The position numbers and the translations under genes were made by a program. Below, one piece after another: positions 1 through 12,496 of a stretch of 64,000 nt of DNA. The notes beneath the pieces were generated by a model. The model ran no database searches, was not told the origin of the DNA, and saw only the letters and a program-made list of their open reading frames with translations. Every line of letters starts with the position of its first letter. Positions within the stretch are counted from its first letter, which is position 1. This stretch comes from Octopus sinensis (taxonomy: Eukaryota): positions 46,748,001 to 46,812,000 of the forward strand of contig NC_043010.1 in the NCBI RefSeq assembly GCF_006345805.1, written 5' to 3'.

Positions 1-1260
1 CTAATTAGTGAATGTTAAACAAGTGAAACAATTAAAAAAAATATGGTTTGCTGAATGTTCAGTGTTTACAGACTTAGAGAATTTAAGAAAGTGCAAGAGA
101 TTTAAGAAAGTGATTAAGTTTTCATGAGAGAAGATAAGTCTGGTTTGGATGTGTAATGTGAATAGATGATATATGTTTGATATAAAGATTAACAAACATT
201 GGTGATTCAAATTATTTATAGTAGAGGTACTTTAATATTAAAACAAGGAAGAAGTAGTCGTATTAAACATAAGAAAATTAGTCAAGGCAGTTTCACCAAA
301 CTTTTTTCTACTTGCTGTGTATAGGAAAAAGCTGTAATGCCCATAGCTTTCATAGACCCTTCTAGACCAGTGAGATAGATGCGATTAATATACTTCTTGA
401 ACCTTTGCAAGTCAATATCTGCAGGAAAAACATGAGCAGAAAGGGAAGGCTAGGGGACCAACATTCTGGGAAGGGATGACTGGATGTAGGGATTAGCAAG
501 CAATAAGAATCTAATTAGAAATAATTAGGTGATGAGGAAAAGGCATTATCTCAACGATTAATATTATTTTAATTATGTTAACATGTATAGGAGACAACTC
601 AGAGTATGATTCAATTTATTAGATCTCAGCAAAGCATAGACTTCACTGCACATGCCAAAATAACAATAAGAGAAACTAGATGCCTCACTATACAATATTT
701 TATATGAGGTGTGAAAAATTAGAATATCTTAGAAAATAAATTTGAGGAATTATTCAAAGTTGTCTCTTGTACTTGCCAAAGTAATTAAAATAACATTAGT
801 CATTGACTAATATTTGCTCTTTTCACATAATTATCTCTAGTTACCTTTCTAATGCTCACTACATTAAATATGTCAGTAATAACTTAAAAGTTATTTTTCA
901 TGTGGATTGTGTCTTCAAGCAATTTTTTCCCCCAGTAATATATCATATTTTCCAAAATAAGAAAATTAGGCACCATAGATGAATCAAAACGTGAAGAAAG
1001 AAGCTGTTCTTTAGTGAGTTCAATCAATGAGAGAAAAATAATCATTAAAACATTGATGCTGCTGATGATGATAAGAAGAGTGGTGGTGGTGGGGCAGGGT
1101 GATGATGATGGTGGTAGCAACAGTAATGATGATGGAAATGATGGTAGTGATAGCGGTGGTCATGTAGTGATGATGATGGGGAGGAGGACGACAATAAGAT
1201 TCTTACTAAAATAATCCATAGTTTTGTTTGTAGTTGTTTTGTTTTTTAATTAAAGTTGTG

Positions 1261-1488
1261 TTAACCCTTTCATTACTGTATTTATTTTGAGATGCTCTGT
1301 GTTTCTTTCAATTATTTTAGATATAACAAAGAATTTATCAAAATAACTTAGTTATCATTCAGCTAGTGTTAGGAACATAAATTGTGACTAAGGTTTGGAG
1401 GAAGATTTTAATTCAAAACTTATGAAAACAAGACATTTGTACTCAGATCCAGAGCCAGTTTCAGCTGGGTTGGTAATGAAAAGGTTAA
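1261..1488 (+). mobile_element. piggyBac-type MITE (TTAA-CCCTT...AAGG-TTAA)
   Basis: TTAA at both ends. Same family at 2471-2699, 10151-10379 and 32177-32369. Confidence 0.8.
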
Positions 1489-2076
1489 TGTGTGCATGTG
1501 CACTCATATGCAAGAACATGACATAGTAAAGAACAAGCTACCCAATTATGTAAATAAAATATCATTGCACTGTTGAGCAACAGCAGCAGCAGCCAGCTTT
1601 GCTGCTGCCACCACTACCACCATCAACATCATCAACATTATTTTGTGCCCACTTTTCCATGGGTTAGATGGGTTTTCTGAGGCAGTGTTCTACAGCTGGA
1701 CACCCTTCTAGTCTCCAACTATTTTGCTCATATCTCACAATATAAGAACACAGTATGTCTATTCTAAAACCAAGGCATACACTGCACTATCAATGCATTC
1801 TTGATTACTGCATTATATGTTAACTGGTTGAGGATTTTTGAGATACTAGATTAGAAATTAAACACATTACACAACAACATCCCAACAACTGAGTCATATA
1901 TATCAAGCTTCCCAGAAACTATGAGATTTGAACTCAAAATCATATACTACTCATTGATATATACCAATCATATACCACTCAATTATCTCTGGGTTTTAGC
2001 TGGTATATAAAATAATGGAACAACTGAAGCAGAAAACAAAGGTCATGATCCATGAGTTGAACCATTAATGCTTTAC

Positions 2077-2101
2077 CAAATTGGTCTTCAAGATCAGAAA
2101 C
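2077..2101 (-). CDS. Weak candidate ENO4 micro-exon following the 3560-3411 exon
   Basis: Strong acceptor tttgtttttctcatttag| gives in-frame VSDLEDQF(G). The first plausible donor is TTG|gtaaag (25 nt, phase 1). No similarity strong enough to confirm it. Confidence 0.25.
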
Positions 2102-2470
2102 CTAAATGAGAAAAACAAAATCTCAACTCTTTTGATACCAACACTCCTGAGACCACTCATGGTTTTATGATACAAATTTCTTGTTTCAAAGTGCTCCAGA
2201 TTAAAACCTACCATCAAAATTTAATTTCAATTTATATTCTAATCACTACCTTAATGATTCTTTCTACAATAGGTACAAGGCCTGAAATTTTAGGGGAGGG
2301 GTCTAATTGATTATATTGACCCCAGTGCTCGACTGGTACTTATTTTATCACATCTGAAAAGATGAAAGGAAAAGCTGACCTTGGCAGAATTTAAGCTCAG
2401 ATTATAAAGCTAGAAAAAATTCCACTTTGCATTTTGTCTGGTGAGCTAACAAATCTGCTAGCTTACCGCT

Positions 2471-2699
2471 TTAACCTTTTCGTTACCAACCTGGCTGAAA
2501 CCAGCTCTGGCTTTGTAATACAAATGTCTTGTTTTCAAAAGTTTTGAATTAAAATCTTCCACCAGACTTCAATTACAATTTATGTTCCTAACACTAGCTT
2601 AATGATAACGAAGTTATTTTACTAAATTCTCTGTTATATTTAAAGTAATTGAAAGAAACACAGAGCGTTTCAAAATAAATACAGTAACAAAAGGGTTAA
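2471..2699 (-). mobile_element. piggyBac-type MITE copy
   Basis: Reverse-orientation homologue of 1261-1488, bounded by TTAA. Confidence 0.8.
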
Positions 2700-3410
2700 T
2701 ACCTGCCTAATGATAAAGTAATGTTAAGAAATTTTTCATAATTTTCAAAATAATTGAAACAAAAGCCATATATTTCATCAGAAATATGGTAATGAAAAAG
2801 TTAAAATTGGTATTTGAGGGGTAAAATGTTTCAAGCAGAAAGTGTACCTAGCTAGATGTTTAAAGTAATGGCATGTGATAAAAGATGTTTTAAATTAATG
2901 ACTACAAGCCCAATAGGTCAAATTTTGATAGACAGTGTAATGTGCCCCTGAACAACATAAAATTTCCTGTATGCTTCTTTCAGAAACATAGATGAAAATA
3001 AGTGCCAATCCTGTTTTTCTCAGTATATAAGGAAATATATTTTAAAAAATGGATATATAACATGTACAAATTATTACATGCTCTGATATATTGCATATGC
3101 AAATATTTAAATTTTCAGATTCTTCTTTTCCTACTTTAGCAGAGATAGATGGATGACCAACTATTTAAAAGTAGTGGGGAGTACATTTTGATCTATATAG
3201 ATTTATATCTTTTAATAAAAGACATATGGTACATTGTTTATATGTGTAGTATGTAATATTTATAACTAACTGCCATAAGGGAATTTTTACACAACCCAGA
3301 TTAGGCACTAGCATATCGCCTTCATTAGATTAATGTAATTTTCTAAATAACGTTTATTTTTTTTAAACATGATTATTATTATAGTTGCTGTTGTCTTTCT
3401 TACCACTTAC

Positions 3411-3560
3411 CTTTATTATTTGGTGTAGAGAAGTGTTTTGTAAATAAAATATCTTCAATTCAAAGAGAAATTTTAGGTGTGTTCCTGATTTTTTTCTAAA
3501 GAAAACATTCTCAAAAGTTAACACAAATGGGACTAGTTTTTTCATTATTTTTTTCAAACA
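3411..3560 (-). CDS. ENO4: Enolase-4-like gene, internal exon (150 nt, phase 0 to 0)
   Basis: Acceptor aacattttcag|TGT, donor AAG|gtaagt. Encodes CLKKIMKKLVPFVLTFENVFFRKKSGTHLKFLFELKIFYLQNTSLHQIIK. NVFFRKKSGTHLKFLFE aligns without gaps to enolase NVINGGSHAGNKLAMQE. Confidence 0.8.
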
Positions 3561-4085
3561 CTGAAAATGTTTTATCTAAACTAAATTATAACAAGCATTA
3601 CATTTCATTGTATTGTTAATGACCCAATGAAAGATATGTGTGTTATAAACTTGGCTGAATTTCTCCTTATCTAAAAATCTAAGGCACTTTGCCTACATAA
3701 GAAATTGCTATATTTAATCTATAATAAATCTCTGGGCAAGATATAAACAGTAGCAATACGGGAATCGTAACATAATTGCCAACCAAGTGTGGCATCCTAT
3801 AAAGGACAGTGCTACTGATGTTTATAGTCCCAGGAAGACATCTCTTCCGGCTGACTAAAGACATACATTCTGTGTCTGATTAGTATTTGCGAGGGGAGGT
3901 CATCGCTCCCATCTCATTTTGAGGGTATCTGGAAAGAAACAGCAATTTTAGCAAAACATATTAAGCAACACTAATAATAAATCAAAAAACAAAAATATAC
4001 AAGCTTTTGACAGTTTTATAGATATTTCAAAATTATGATGTTATGATGCTAGGTGCTTCCATTATTTTGTCCAACCCCTTTATGA

Positions 4086-4149
<64 letters not shown>

Positions 4150-4526
4150 TAGTATATGTAACTATTTTAACCTCTACTTTTCTATGCTTGCATAGGGCAG
4201 ATGAGGCCCCATTGAGGTAGATTTTTCTACAGCTGGATGATCTTCTTCTTGTCATCTTTACATATATACCTATGTACATACACACACACACACATACACT
4301 TTTTTTTATTCTTTTACTTGTTTCAGTCTTTTGACTGTGGCTTTGAAGAGTGTTAGTTGAAGAAATCAACCCCAGGACTTGCTCTTTCTAAGTCTAGTGC
4401 TTATTCTATCAGTCTCTTTTACCAAACCACTAAGTTATAGGGACATAAACACACCAATATCGGTTGTCAAGCAATGATGGGGGACAAACACAGACACACA
4501 AATATATACATATACATATATATATA

Positions 4527-4574
<48 letters not shown>

Positions 4575-4760
4575 GGCTTCTTCCAGTTTTCGTCTACCAA
4601 ATCTACTCACAAGGCTTTGGTCAGCCCAAGGTTATAGTAGAAGACACTTGCCCAAGATGCCATGCAGAGATATTAATTTCTTTGCAGAGAGATTGAACCT
4701 GGAACCATGCAGCTGAAAAGCAAGTGTCTTAATACACAGCCATGCCTGCACCTATGTATA

Positions 4761-4805
<45 letters not shown>

Positions 4806-5005
4806 TATTTATTTATTAATTTATTAACAGTTTGACTCAGTTCCATATGAATAAAAATTTCATGAGGTACATAGGATATTTACATGTCATCAGATGTCAG
4901 CAGATGGACATGTCTAATGTGTCCATGATACTGAGTCAAACTGTTATGTAATTCCTACCAAATGTGTTGAATCCCACCTTCTTTTGTTTACCTGCCCATT
5001 TGTGC

Positions 5006-5043
<38 letters not shown>

Positions 5044-5738
5044 CTCTTCTGCTCATGCTCTTCCTGTTGCCATATGTGTATGTGTGTGTGTGAGTGAGGC
5101 GTGGCTAATTAGTAAGAAGTTTACTTCCCAACCACATGGTTATGGGTTCCGTTTCACAATGTGGCATCTTGGGCAAATGTCTTCTACTATAACCTCAGAC
5201 CAACCAAAGCCTTGTGAGTGGATTTGGTAGATGGAAACCGAGAGAAGACTGTAGTATGTGTGTGTGTGTGTGTTTGCATCTGTGTATGTCTCCCATCACC
5301 GCTTGACAACTGGTGTTGGAGTGTTTACATCCCTGTAACTTAGCAGTTCAGTAACAATGACTGATAGAATAAGTACCAGCTTTTATGAAATACTAATAAG
5401 TACTGCAGTTGATAAGGTCAGCTAAAATTCTTCAATGTGGTGCCCCAGCATGGCCACAATCTAATGACTGAAAGAAGTAAAAGATGTGTGTGTGTGTGTA
5501 AGTGTGTGTGTGTGTGTGTGAGTACACACATCTATGCTATCCCTCTAACCCTGTTCAACTGAAAGGTGAGAAAAGTGTTCAGTTCAGTGCCATGTTTACA
5601 GAGTAACAAATCGTCAGCCATGTTATCCAAGCTCACAACTCTCTTTCAGTTAAGATTATACAAACACTTCACTCAACACAGCATGCATCTTGGAAATCCA
5701 TTACATTTTATGTATTTCATTAAAAACAAATAGCTTAC

Positions 5739-5910
5739 TTCTAGTGGAGGATCGGTAAGTTTGAGTATGTGATCGTGGAGAGGAATGTTTTTTAGAACAG
5801 CACCTGTGATGCATATTGCTAGGCTGACTGCACTAAGTGCAGGAGTACCTGGGAGCCACTTTTTAATTGGTGAATCTGGTGGTAAGATTATTTCAGATTT
5901 GCATTTTCCT
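5739..5910 (-). CDS. ENO4: Enolase-4-like gene, internal exon (172 nt, phase 2 to 0)
   Basis: Acceptor ttctattccag|A, donor CTAGAA|gtaagc. Encodes GKCKSEIILPPDSPIKKWLPGTPALSAVSLAICITGAVLKNIPLHDHILKLTDPPLE. LSAVSLAICITGAVLKNIPLHDHI aligns with canonical enolase [24 protein letters not shown]. Confidence 0.92.
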
Positions 5911-6454
5911 CTGGAATAGAAAGATTCAGAAAAATAATTTAATAAGAAATAAAAATATAAAAGATATTCAATTAGCATACTAAACATTGCATAGGTTTTA
6001 TTTTTAAGTTGTCATTATTATTGCTGACCAATGTTGTTTAACTTTCATCCTTTAACACTTTAGTGTTCAGATTAATCTGTTAAATGTAATATTTTTTTAC
6101 TTAAATTATTTTTAATTAATCATGCATTATCTTATAGCTTTGAGGTTTCAATGACGTGATTGTTCATGTTTAGAATGTCAATGTAGATTAGGTGTGAGAG
6201 CCCTGATCTGGTCAGTTTAAACATAAAATTGGTAGAAAACTTCGGCCGGATATGGCCAGTTTAAACACTAAAGGGTTAATATTCAAACCAATCGTATCCA
6301 GCCCAAATGACCCACTGTTTTATGTTCTAACTGATCAGACTGAGCCTCTCATACCTATTCTTCAATGTCATTTTAAAAATAAACAATCACATAATTGAAA
6401 TCTTGAAGCTACAAGATAATGCATGATTAATCCAAAGCAACGTGAATATATAGG

Positions 6455-6605
6455 AGGAGACATCCTTCGGTCATGAATGACCATAGGATTGCACCTAGAA
6501 AGTTACCCTCCCATGCGCAAGTCCAGGCAAGGTTGTTTGTGGAAGGCCAGCAGTTGCCCATGCATACCAGCCTCCTCTCTCCACACCACTGATATTATCC
6601 AGTGT
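6455..6605 (+). mobile_element. Interspersed repeat fragment (second, inverted copy at about 58915-59075)
   Basis: GGTCATGAATGACCATAGGATTGCACCTAGAAAGTT...GCATACCAGCCTCC is present twice in opposite orientations. Confidence 0.7.
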
Positions 6606-8177
6606 AATTTTTGGCGCCAATCCGACCCCATCTACCACCCCTTAAACCGTTCCCATTCCAAAATAAGACAAATAACCAAGAAATCAAACAACTTCTTCAC
6701 ATTTCAGCTTTATAGATATTGATTTAATGACATGTAAGTAATTCTCACTATAAATCAATAAATAAAGAGTTATTAGTAATTAAAGTTTGAAAATGTTGGT
6801 AATTTTAGCCAATCGTAAGCCATAGATACATTCATGGCTGTTTCGGTTCCTATTGCCATTAGTAACAAAGCAAATCCAAGCAGTCTTTGAAAAGTCTTAT
6901 CTGCAAGGAAGCATGTGTTGATAAATTTGACACTTTGTTCTGTGTGATTATGGCAGCAAGCTCAAACATGTTAAGACTGTTTGTTTAATGTTTGTTTCTT
7001 TTTGTCATTGAGCACTGAGGTGATTGTGAGGTATGCTAAAAATAACAGTTAAATAAGATTTTTTGGATAAATATTTCAAATTAAAGTTTGTTTGCCAGCA
7101 TCTTGCTCAGAGATTTAAAACTAACTGCTTTTACCTTTAAAACATAAATATTTATTTACATGAAAGAACTTTCATCTAATTCTTCTAAATCTTTCTGTTA
7201 AAAATTGTAATGTGTTTATCGCATGTAACGTGTTGTTTATTGCATTTGTATTAAACACTGGTGGTTGTGAGGTGTGCTAAAAATAACAGCTAAATAAGAT
7301 TTATTTACATAAAAGGAAATTACCGGAGACATAACACAATAATTGACAACACGAGCTATTTTCAGGATGTTGACGACAAATGTGCAGTCATGCACAAAAT
7401 AACAGTTTCCAAATCCTGTTTCCTGACCGGGTGAAAATGACCAAACTTTAAGCCTCTATAACTTTTTAAAAACATTTTTCTGGAAAAAATGAAATAACTC
7501 CAGCAATTCAGTTTGGGAAAGTGAATTATTGTGCCAAATTTTAAAATTTTCAGTTAAATTTTAATTTTTGGAGCCACTGGTAACCAAACAGGAAAGATTC
7601 TAGGGTTCTATTCATGCAGAGGTTTGCCTCACATTTATTAGCAAAAGGCTATGGGCCTAAACACTAATCTAATGGTTCACTGGAAGATGTAGCAGGATTA
7701 ATTTCAATTAATTTGGGATTATCTACATCAAACAGGATGTATGACTAACCAGGAAAAACTAGTGGAACAGTAATTATAAATCTAAGACCAGAGTAGCAAT
7801 AAAAAGCAAAATAAAATTGATATGACAGAATAGTGATAAAAAAAAAAAAATTGTTAATCCTTTTTATAGCCTAGATGAAAGTATGACTACACTCCCATCA
7901 GAGCAGCAACACTTTAAGCTATAATTCCAAATATAGTTCTGGAACTTTAGCAGTACATCTATCTTTGAATATAAACTGATGGTGTTAGGGTCTTGATCAT
8001 AGATATTCTCAGTGATAAAACCAGTGATTTAATAAAAATGATTTTTAAAATGTATCAAATAAGAAGAGACATTTGATGGATTCAATTGAAGAAAAAGCTC
8101 AATTTTGATTATTTTCCAATTTTATTTGGTGGCCTTTATTACAGCATTTAAACATCTTTGCCCTTTTAATCATGGCA

Positions 8178-8226
<49 letters not shown>

Positions 8227-8230
<4 letters not shown>

Positions 8231-8520
8231 AGAATTCATGAAAAAAACAAAAGACGAAGACAGGTGGAGTATAAAACAAATAGATGTATTAGTATAACGC
8301 TCGGGAATTGAAAAAGTCTTTTACATTTCGAGCCTATACTCATCCACAGAAAGGAACACAGAAAAAAACAGAGAGAGAAACAAAGAGAGAAAAAAATGTG
8401 TGTAGTGGTACTGATCTATCATGGCGACTGCCGGACAGAAGGGTCGCACAGGAGAGCGAAGAAGTAGGGAACACACACGTCCCTGTTGCCTTCCAAACAC
8501 CAATCACTTTACAGAGTGAA
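8227..8520 (-). mobile_element. PLE-like terminal fragment with minimal type-I hammerhead-like motif (8316-8354)
   Basis: Minus strand reads CCUUU-CUGUGGA-U-GAGU-AUAG-GCUC-GAAAU-GUA-AAAGAC and runs into a (TA)n tail. A related copy lies at 50161-50375. Confidence 0.5.
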
Positions 8521-10150
8521 GTATGTACATTTTTCCTGGTACCACCACCACTGAGAATGCCTTGCAAATTGCAAGATTAAAAGGCCAAAAGGGGACTCTA
8601 AAACTGAAGAAGAATAGCAAAGAGAGAGGGACAGTGAATGATGATTTTAAGTGATATGATGAGAGAGGGCCAAATGTAATGAGAAGAATAGTTTCATAGT
8701 TGTAAGAGGGTGATAGTAAGAAGAGGAACAGAGTAGTCACTTTTAGGAAAGGGAGTACTGAATGAACAAATGAAAGGAAAAGCATTAGTGTCAATGGTTA
8801 GTGAAATAGGGATTAAGTGGTAAGGGCAATGAGGAAGGTTGTGAAGAAGGAGCCCAGGACTACCTCAGCATATAAGGGCAGGTATGAGTGAAGACTTTGT
8901 GGGGAAGGGAAGATGAAAAAGAGAAAGTTGAAGAGGATGGTGAAGTTCTAGAGAGAGCAATTGAACACACACACATCTTACACAATAATGGAGAAAGCCA
9001 CCTATTAACTAGCTTGCTTTATGTAGCTTTTAATAAAAGAAAGCAATTCTTAAAGTCTACATTGTCTAGAAAATTCTTAAAAATTCCAATTTTAGTATAT
9101 TTTTATTAAAATGTAGTTTTCATGTTTCTTTTATTATTGAAGATTTCAACTAATTTTAATTCACCATGAGATAGCATATTTTGAAAACTTACACAGTGTG
9201 ATAGTGTTTTTTAACATTTTACTTCTTTATTGCCTCTATTTTGATTAGTCTTTTTCTTTCACTATCCCTATGACATTTCCTCTCTCACTGTTATTCTCAT
9301 CTTAGTATTTTTAACATACTTCTCTCTCTCTCTCTCTCTTTCTATCTCTTATATGTTTACCCTGTATCCTTATGACTTTTCCTCTTTCACTCACAGCCTC
9401 AGTTTCTTATCATGCTCTACCTCTCTTTCTTTCCTCTCTTCCCACTTCTCTCTCCCTCTCTCTTTCTCCCCCTCTCTCAACCATCTCCAAATGTTTTCAT
9501 TAAAAATAAGTAACTACAAAGCTTTTCTTGCAAATACTGTGAGAATGTTTGTAAAAATTTTACACTATGTCTGTCATCAATATTACACAAAAAATGTTAT
9601 TTTAAGTTTCATTCAACTATACACAAAATGTGTAAATCATGTTTCTCTGAATAAATAAAGTCTTGGCCAATTTTCTGTACCAACAGTAATTTTGCATTCA
9701 TTGTTTGGTAAGACATTGATTTTGTTTAACATATTGATTAAAATACAATAATACACAATTTTTTTTTATTTAAATGTGAACATTTCTTCCAAAATCAGTA
9801 AGGAGAATATTTATGAACAACTACTGCAGTCATGGCTGTGTGATTAAGAAGCATGCTTTGCAACCATGTAATTTTGGGTCCAGTCCCTTGAGCAAGTCTC
9901 TTCTATTATAGCCCCAGAGCAACCAATGTCTTGTGGTTGAATTTGGTATACAAAAACAGTGATGAAGCCTCTCATATGTGTGTGTGTTTGTCTTTCAACA
10001 CCACTTAACAAGTGTTAGTTTGTTTACATCCCTGTAACTTAGCAGTTTGGAAAAACATACCAATAGAGTAAGTGTTAGACTTCAAAATAAATACTGTGGT
10101 CAATTTGTTCAACTAAACCCTTCAAGATGGTGCCCCTGTATGGTCACAGT

Positions 10151-10379
10151 TTAACCCTTTCAATACCATATTTATTTTGAGGTTCTCTGTGTTTCTTTCA
10201 ATTAATTTTAAATATAATAAGGAATTTAGTAAAATAACTCAGTTATCATTAAGCTAGTGTCAGGAAAATAAATTGTGACTAAGGTTTGGAGAAAATTTTA
10301 ATTCAAAACTTATGAAAACAAGGTATTTGTACTACAGAGCCAGAAGCTGTTTCAGCCAGTTTGGTATCGAAAGGGTTAA
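10151..10379 (+). mobile_element. piggyBac-type MITE copy inserted at a SINE tail
   Basis: TTAA-CCCTTT...AAAGGG-TTAA, homologous to 1261-1488. Confidence 0.8.
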
Positions 10380-11083
10380 TGATAAATTGCTTTCAAACCT
10401 GCAACTCCTTTACCCTGATTATAAATTCACCTTTATGTTAATAATCATTGGTGCACTTAGCTATGTTAATAAATGTTTCAGAGAAAATCATGTAAAGCTA
10501 TAATTCTCAAATAAAAAAGATGACTAGCTTGCTAATACGCATTTTGCAAATACAACCTGTAAGTGGAGCAGTAAAAATATGCAAAACTTTTCTAAATTTA
10601 TAAGTACAGGTGTGGCTGGGTGGCAGTGGAGCCAAGCTCCTCAATGTCAAAATTTTGCCAACGGCTGATTGGGTGGTGTCAAAAGCGGTTTTGACCCTGT
10701 GGACCCAATCATCCAATAATCTGGTTCTTCCAGATTTTTTGAGAATGGCCAGTTCTAGGTATCCGGTGATTCTGGAGGGACGCAGCCCCCCCCCCACCAC
10801 CACCACCACCAGGTGTCACCTGTGCTCCAGCATGACCATTATCTAATGGCTAAAACAAGTAAATTATAGAAGATAAGAGATAAATTTCAACAAGGACACT
10901 TATCACTTTTCTTATCAAAATTCCAGAGATGAAGCTTTGTTTCATTGTTCAGAACCAGCCTCTTCCTTGTAAAAAGAATTCAAATAATTAAACACACACA
11001 CACACACACAAATGAAGACAACCATGATGATGCAGTAGTCATGACATTATAAACAGTGTCAATTTAGTAAAGGTAAACTTTAC

Positions 11084-11245
11084 TTGGCAGATTTCTTGTT
11101 CGGAGACTGTTTATTTTGTTTCGAGCCCCTCCTGTCTTTGTCTGTCTCAGCGTCAGCATTATCTTCACTGATGCAAACTTCTGTTGTTGCTTTTCTATGC
11201 AATGGCTGATTCTCAACTTCCAGTTGCAAGTCTGAGAAAAAGTCC
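11084..11245 (-). CDS. ENO4: Enolase-4-like gene, internal exon (162 nt, phase 2 to 2)
   Basis: Acceptor cccgtttcag|G, donor GCCAA|gtaaag, open in the frame set by the previous exon. Encodes (K)DFFSDLQLEVENQPLHRKATTEVCISEDNADAETDKDRRGSKQNKQSPNKKSA(K), the position of the ENO4-specific charged insertion (human RIFF...KKKGQKPGRK). Not in the supplied ORF track in this frame. Confidence 0.85.
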
Positions 11246-11672
11246 CTGAAACGGGTGAGAAATTAAAAAGAAAACAGGAAAATAAAACAATTGTTTCATA
11301 AGTATACATACCCACCCACACAAAAAAAAAAGAAGTTAAGAATAATTAACTAAATTATTCAAAGTGCAACAAAATGGTCGCAGTTTAATGACTAAAATTA
11401 GGTGTGTGTGTATGAATATACAGATATATACATACCATACATATATATATATACACACACACACAATGCATACATATATATATATACACACACACAATGC
11501 ATACATATATATGTACTGTATTTTTTTGTATTTGTATTTTTATTTTGTATTTGTAATTTTATTTGTATTTGTATTTTTATTTGTATTGCTTTTACATTCT
11601 TGTCACATTTTTTTCTTTCCTTGTTTTTACCCCTCTGCAAAGAAATTTTATTTAATTCTTTTGCAGGAAGGA

Positions 11673-11748
11673 CTGGTTCGACGGGTCGTGTTCTGTCCTT
11701 ACCTTCGAAACACGCATTGAGTCGAACCAGGGACAGCTGATGAAGGGG
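11673..11748 (+). ncRNA. Candidate non-circularly permuted hammerhead ribozyme, copy 1
   Basis: Segments in order: CGUG-U-U-CUGUCC (11687-11698), CCUUC-GAAA-CACG (11702-11714), GGACAG-CUGAUGA-AGGGG (11731-11748). Stem I is CUGUCC/GGACAG, stem III is CGUGU/ACACG, and an extra perfect 10-bp helix forms between CUGGUUCGAC (11673-82) and GUCGAACCAG (11721-30). Stem II is weak. Confidence 0.55.
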
Positions 11749-12496
11749 AATATTCCTTGTATTGTTTGTCTTGTACTCTGTTTTTTCGTTGTTAGAAAAA
11801 GTCCGTTTCCTAGTTTGTTTTTATGTTTACGTTTCTCGTTGAGTTCTACGTTTATTTGTGATGTCCTGTACTCATATATATATACATATATATGCATGTA
11901 TATATACATGTAAATCTAGGTACGTACATATATGTATGTATGTATGCATATATTTTATTTATTAAATTATTGTATGACTGAGCGCCCTCACGTCGTTTCG
12001 TTTTGTTTCTTTTCTTTTCTCCAAGTAAGTTTTTATATATAATTAAGACGCGAACTCTATAACCCTTTGCTTGACCTTTCCTTCCTTCCTGTCTGTCTTC
12101 CTCTTTGCCTGTCTCTCTATTTCTTATTTTTCATCCTTTCTGGTTTCCTTTCCTCTCTATCTCTCTCTCTCTCACTCCTCATCTCTCTCACTGCCGAGTC
12201 AACTACCACTTCCTTTCACTCGCAGCTTTCTACAAGTCAACACGACTTTTTCTTGCGCTCTGAATTTTTCCATCATCTAGGCTTTAAAAAAAAGCCCTCA
12301 ATGTTGGTTTCATTGTCCTGTTTTTATTCTTTATGTGTACTGTATTTTATTGTATTTGTATCTTTATTTTGTATTTGTAATTTTATTTGTATTTGTATTT
12401 TTATTTGTATTGCTTTTACATTCTTGTCACATTTTTTTCTTTTCTTGTTTTTACCCCTCTGCAAAGGAATTTTATTTAATGCTTTTGCAGGAAGGA

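Noticed and set aside
290-420. Minus-strand acceptor plus 44-codon frame as the next ENO4 exon
   Set aside because: No enolase similarity; the plus strand reads as a decayed LINE reverse transcriptase.
6455-6605. Possible HDV-like ribozyme in the GGTCATGAATGACC repeat
   Set aside because: I could not build consistent P1/P2/P3 helices or a J4/2 catalytic C.
11673-11760. Alternative readings of the pseudoknotted motif as an HDV-like, pistol or canonical type II hammerhead ribozyme
   Set aside because: The helix order does not match HDV or pistol topology. In a type II hammerhead the UH site would follow GAAA-stem III, whereas the complementary CGUGU-U-CUGUCC segment lies upstream.
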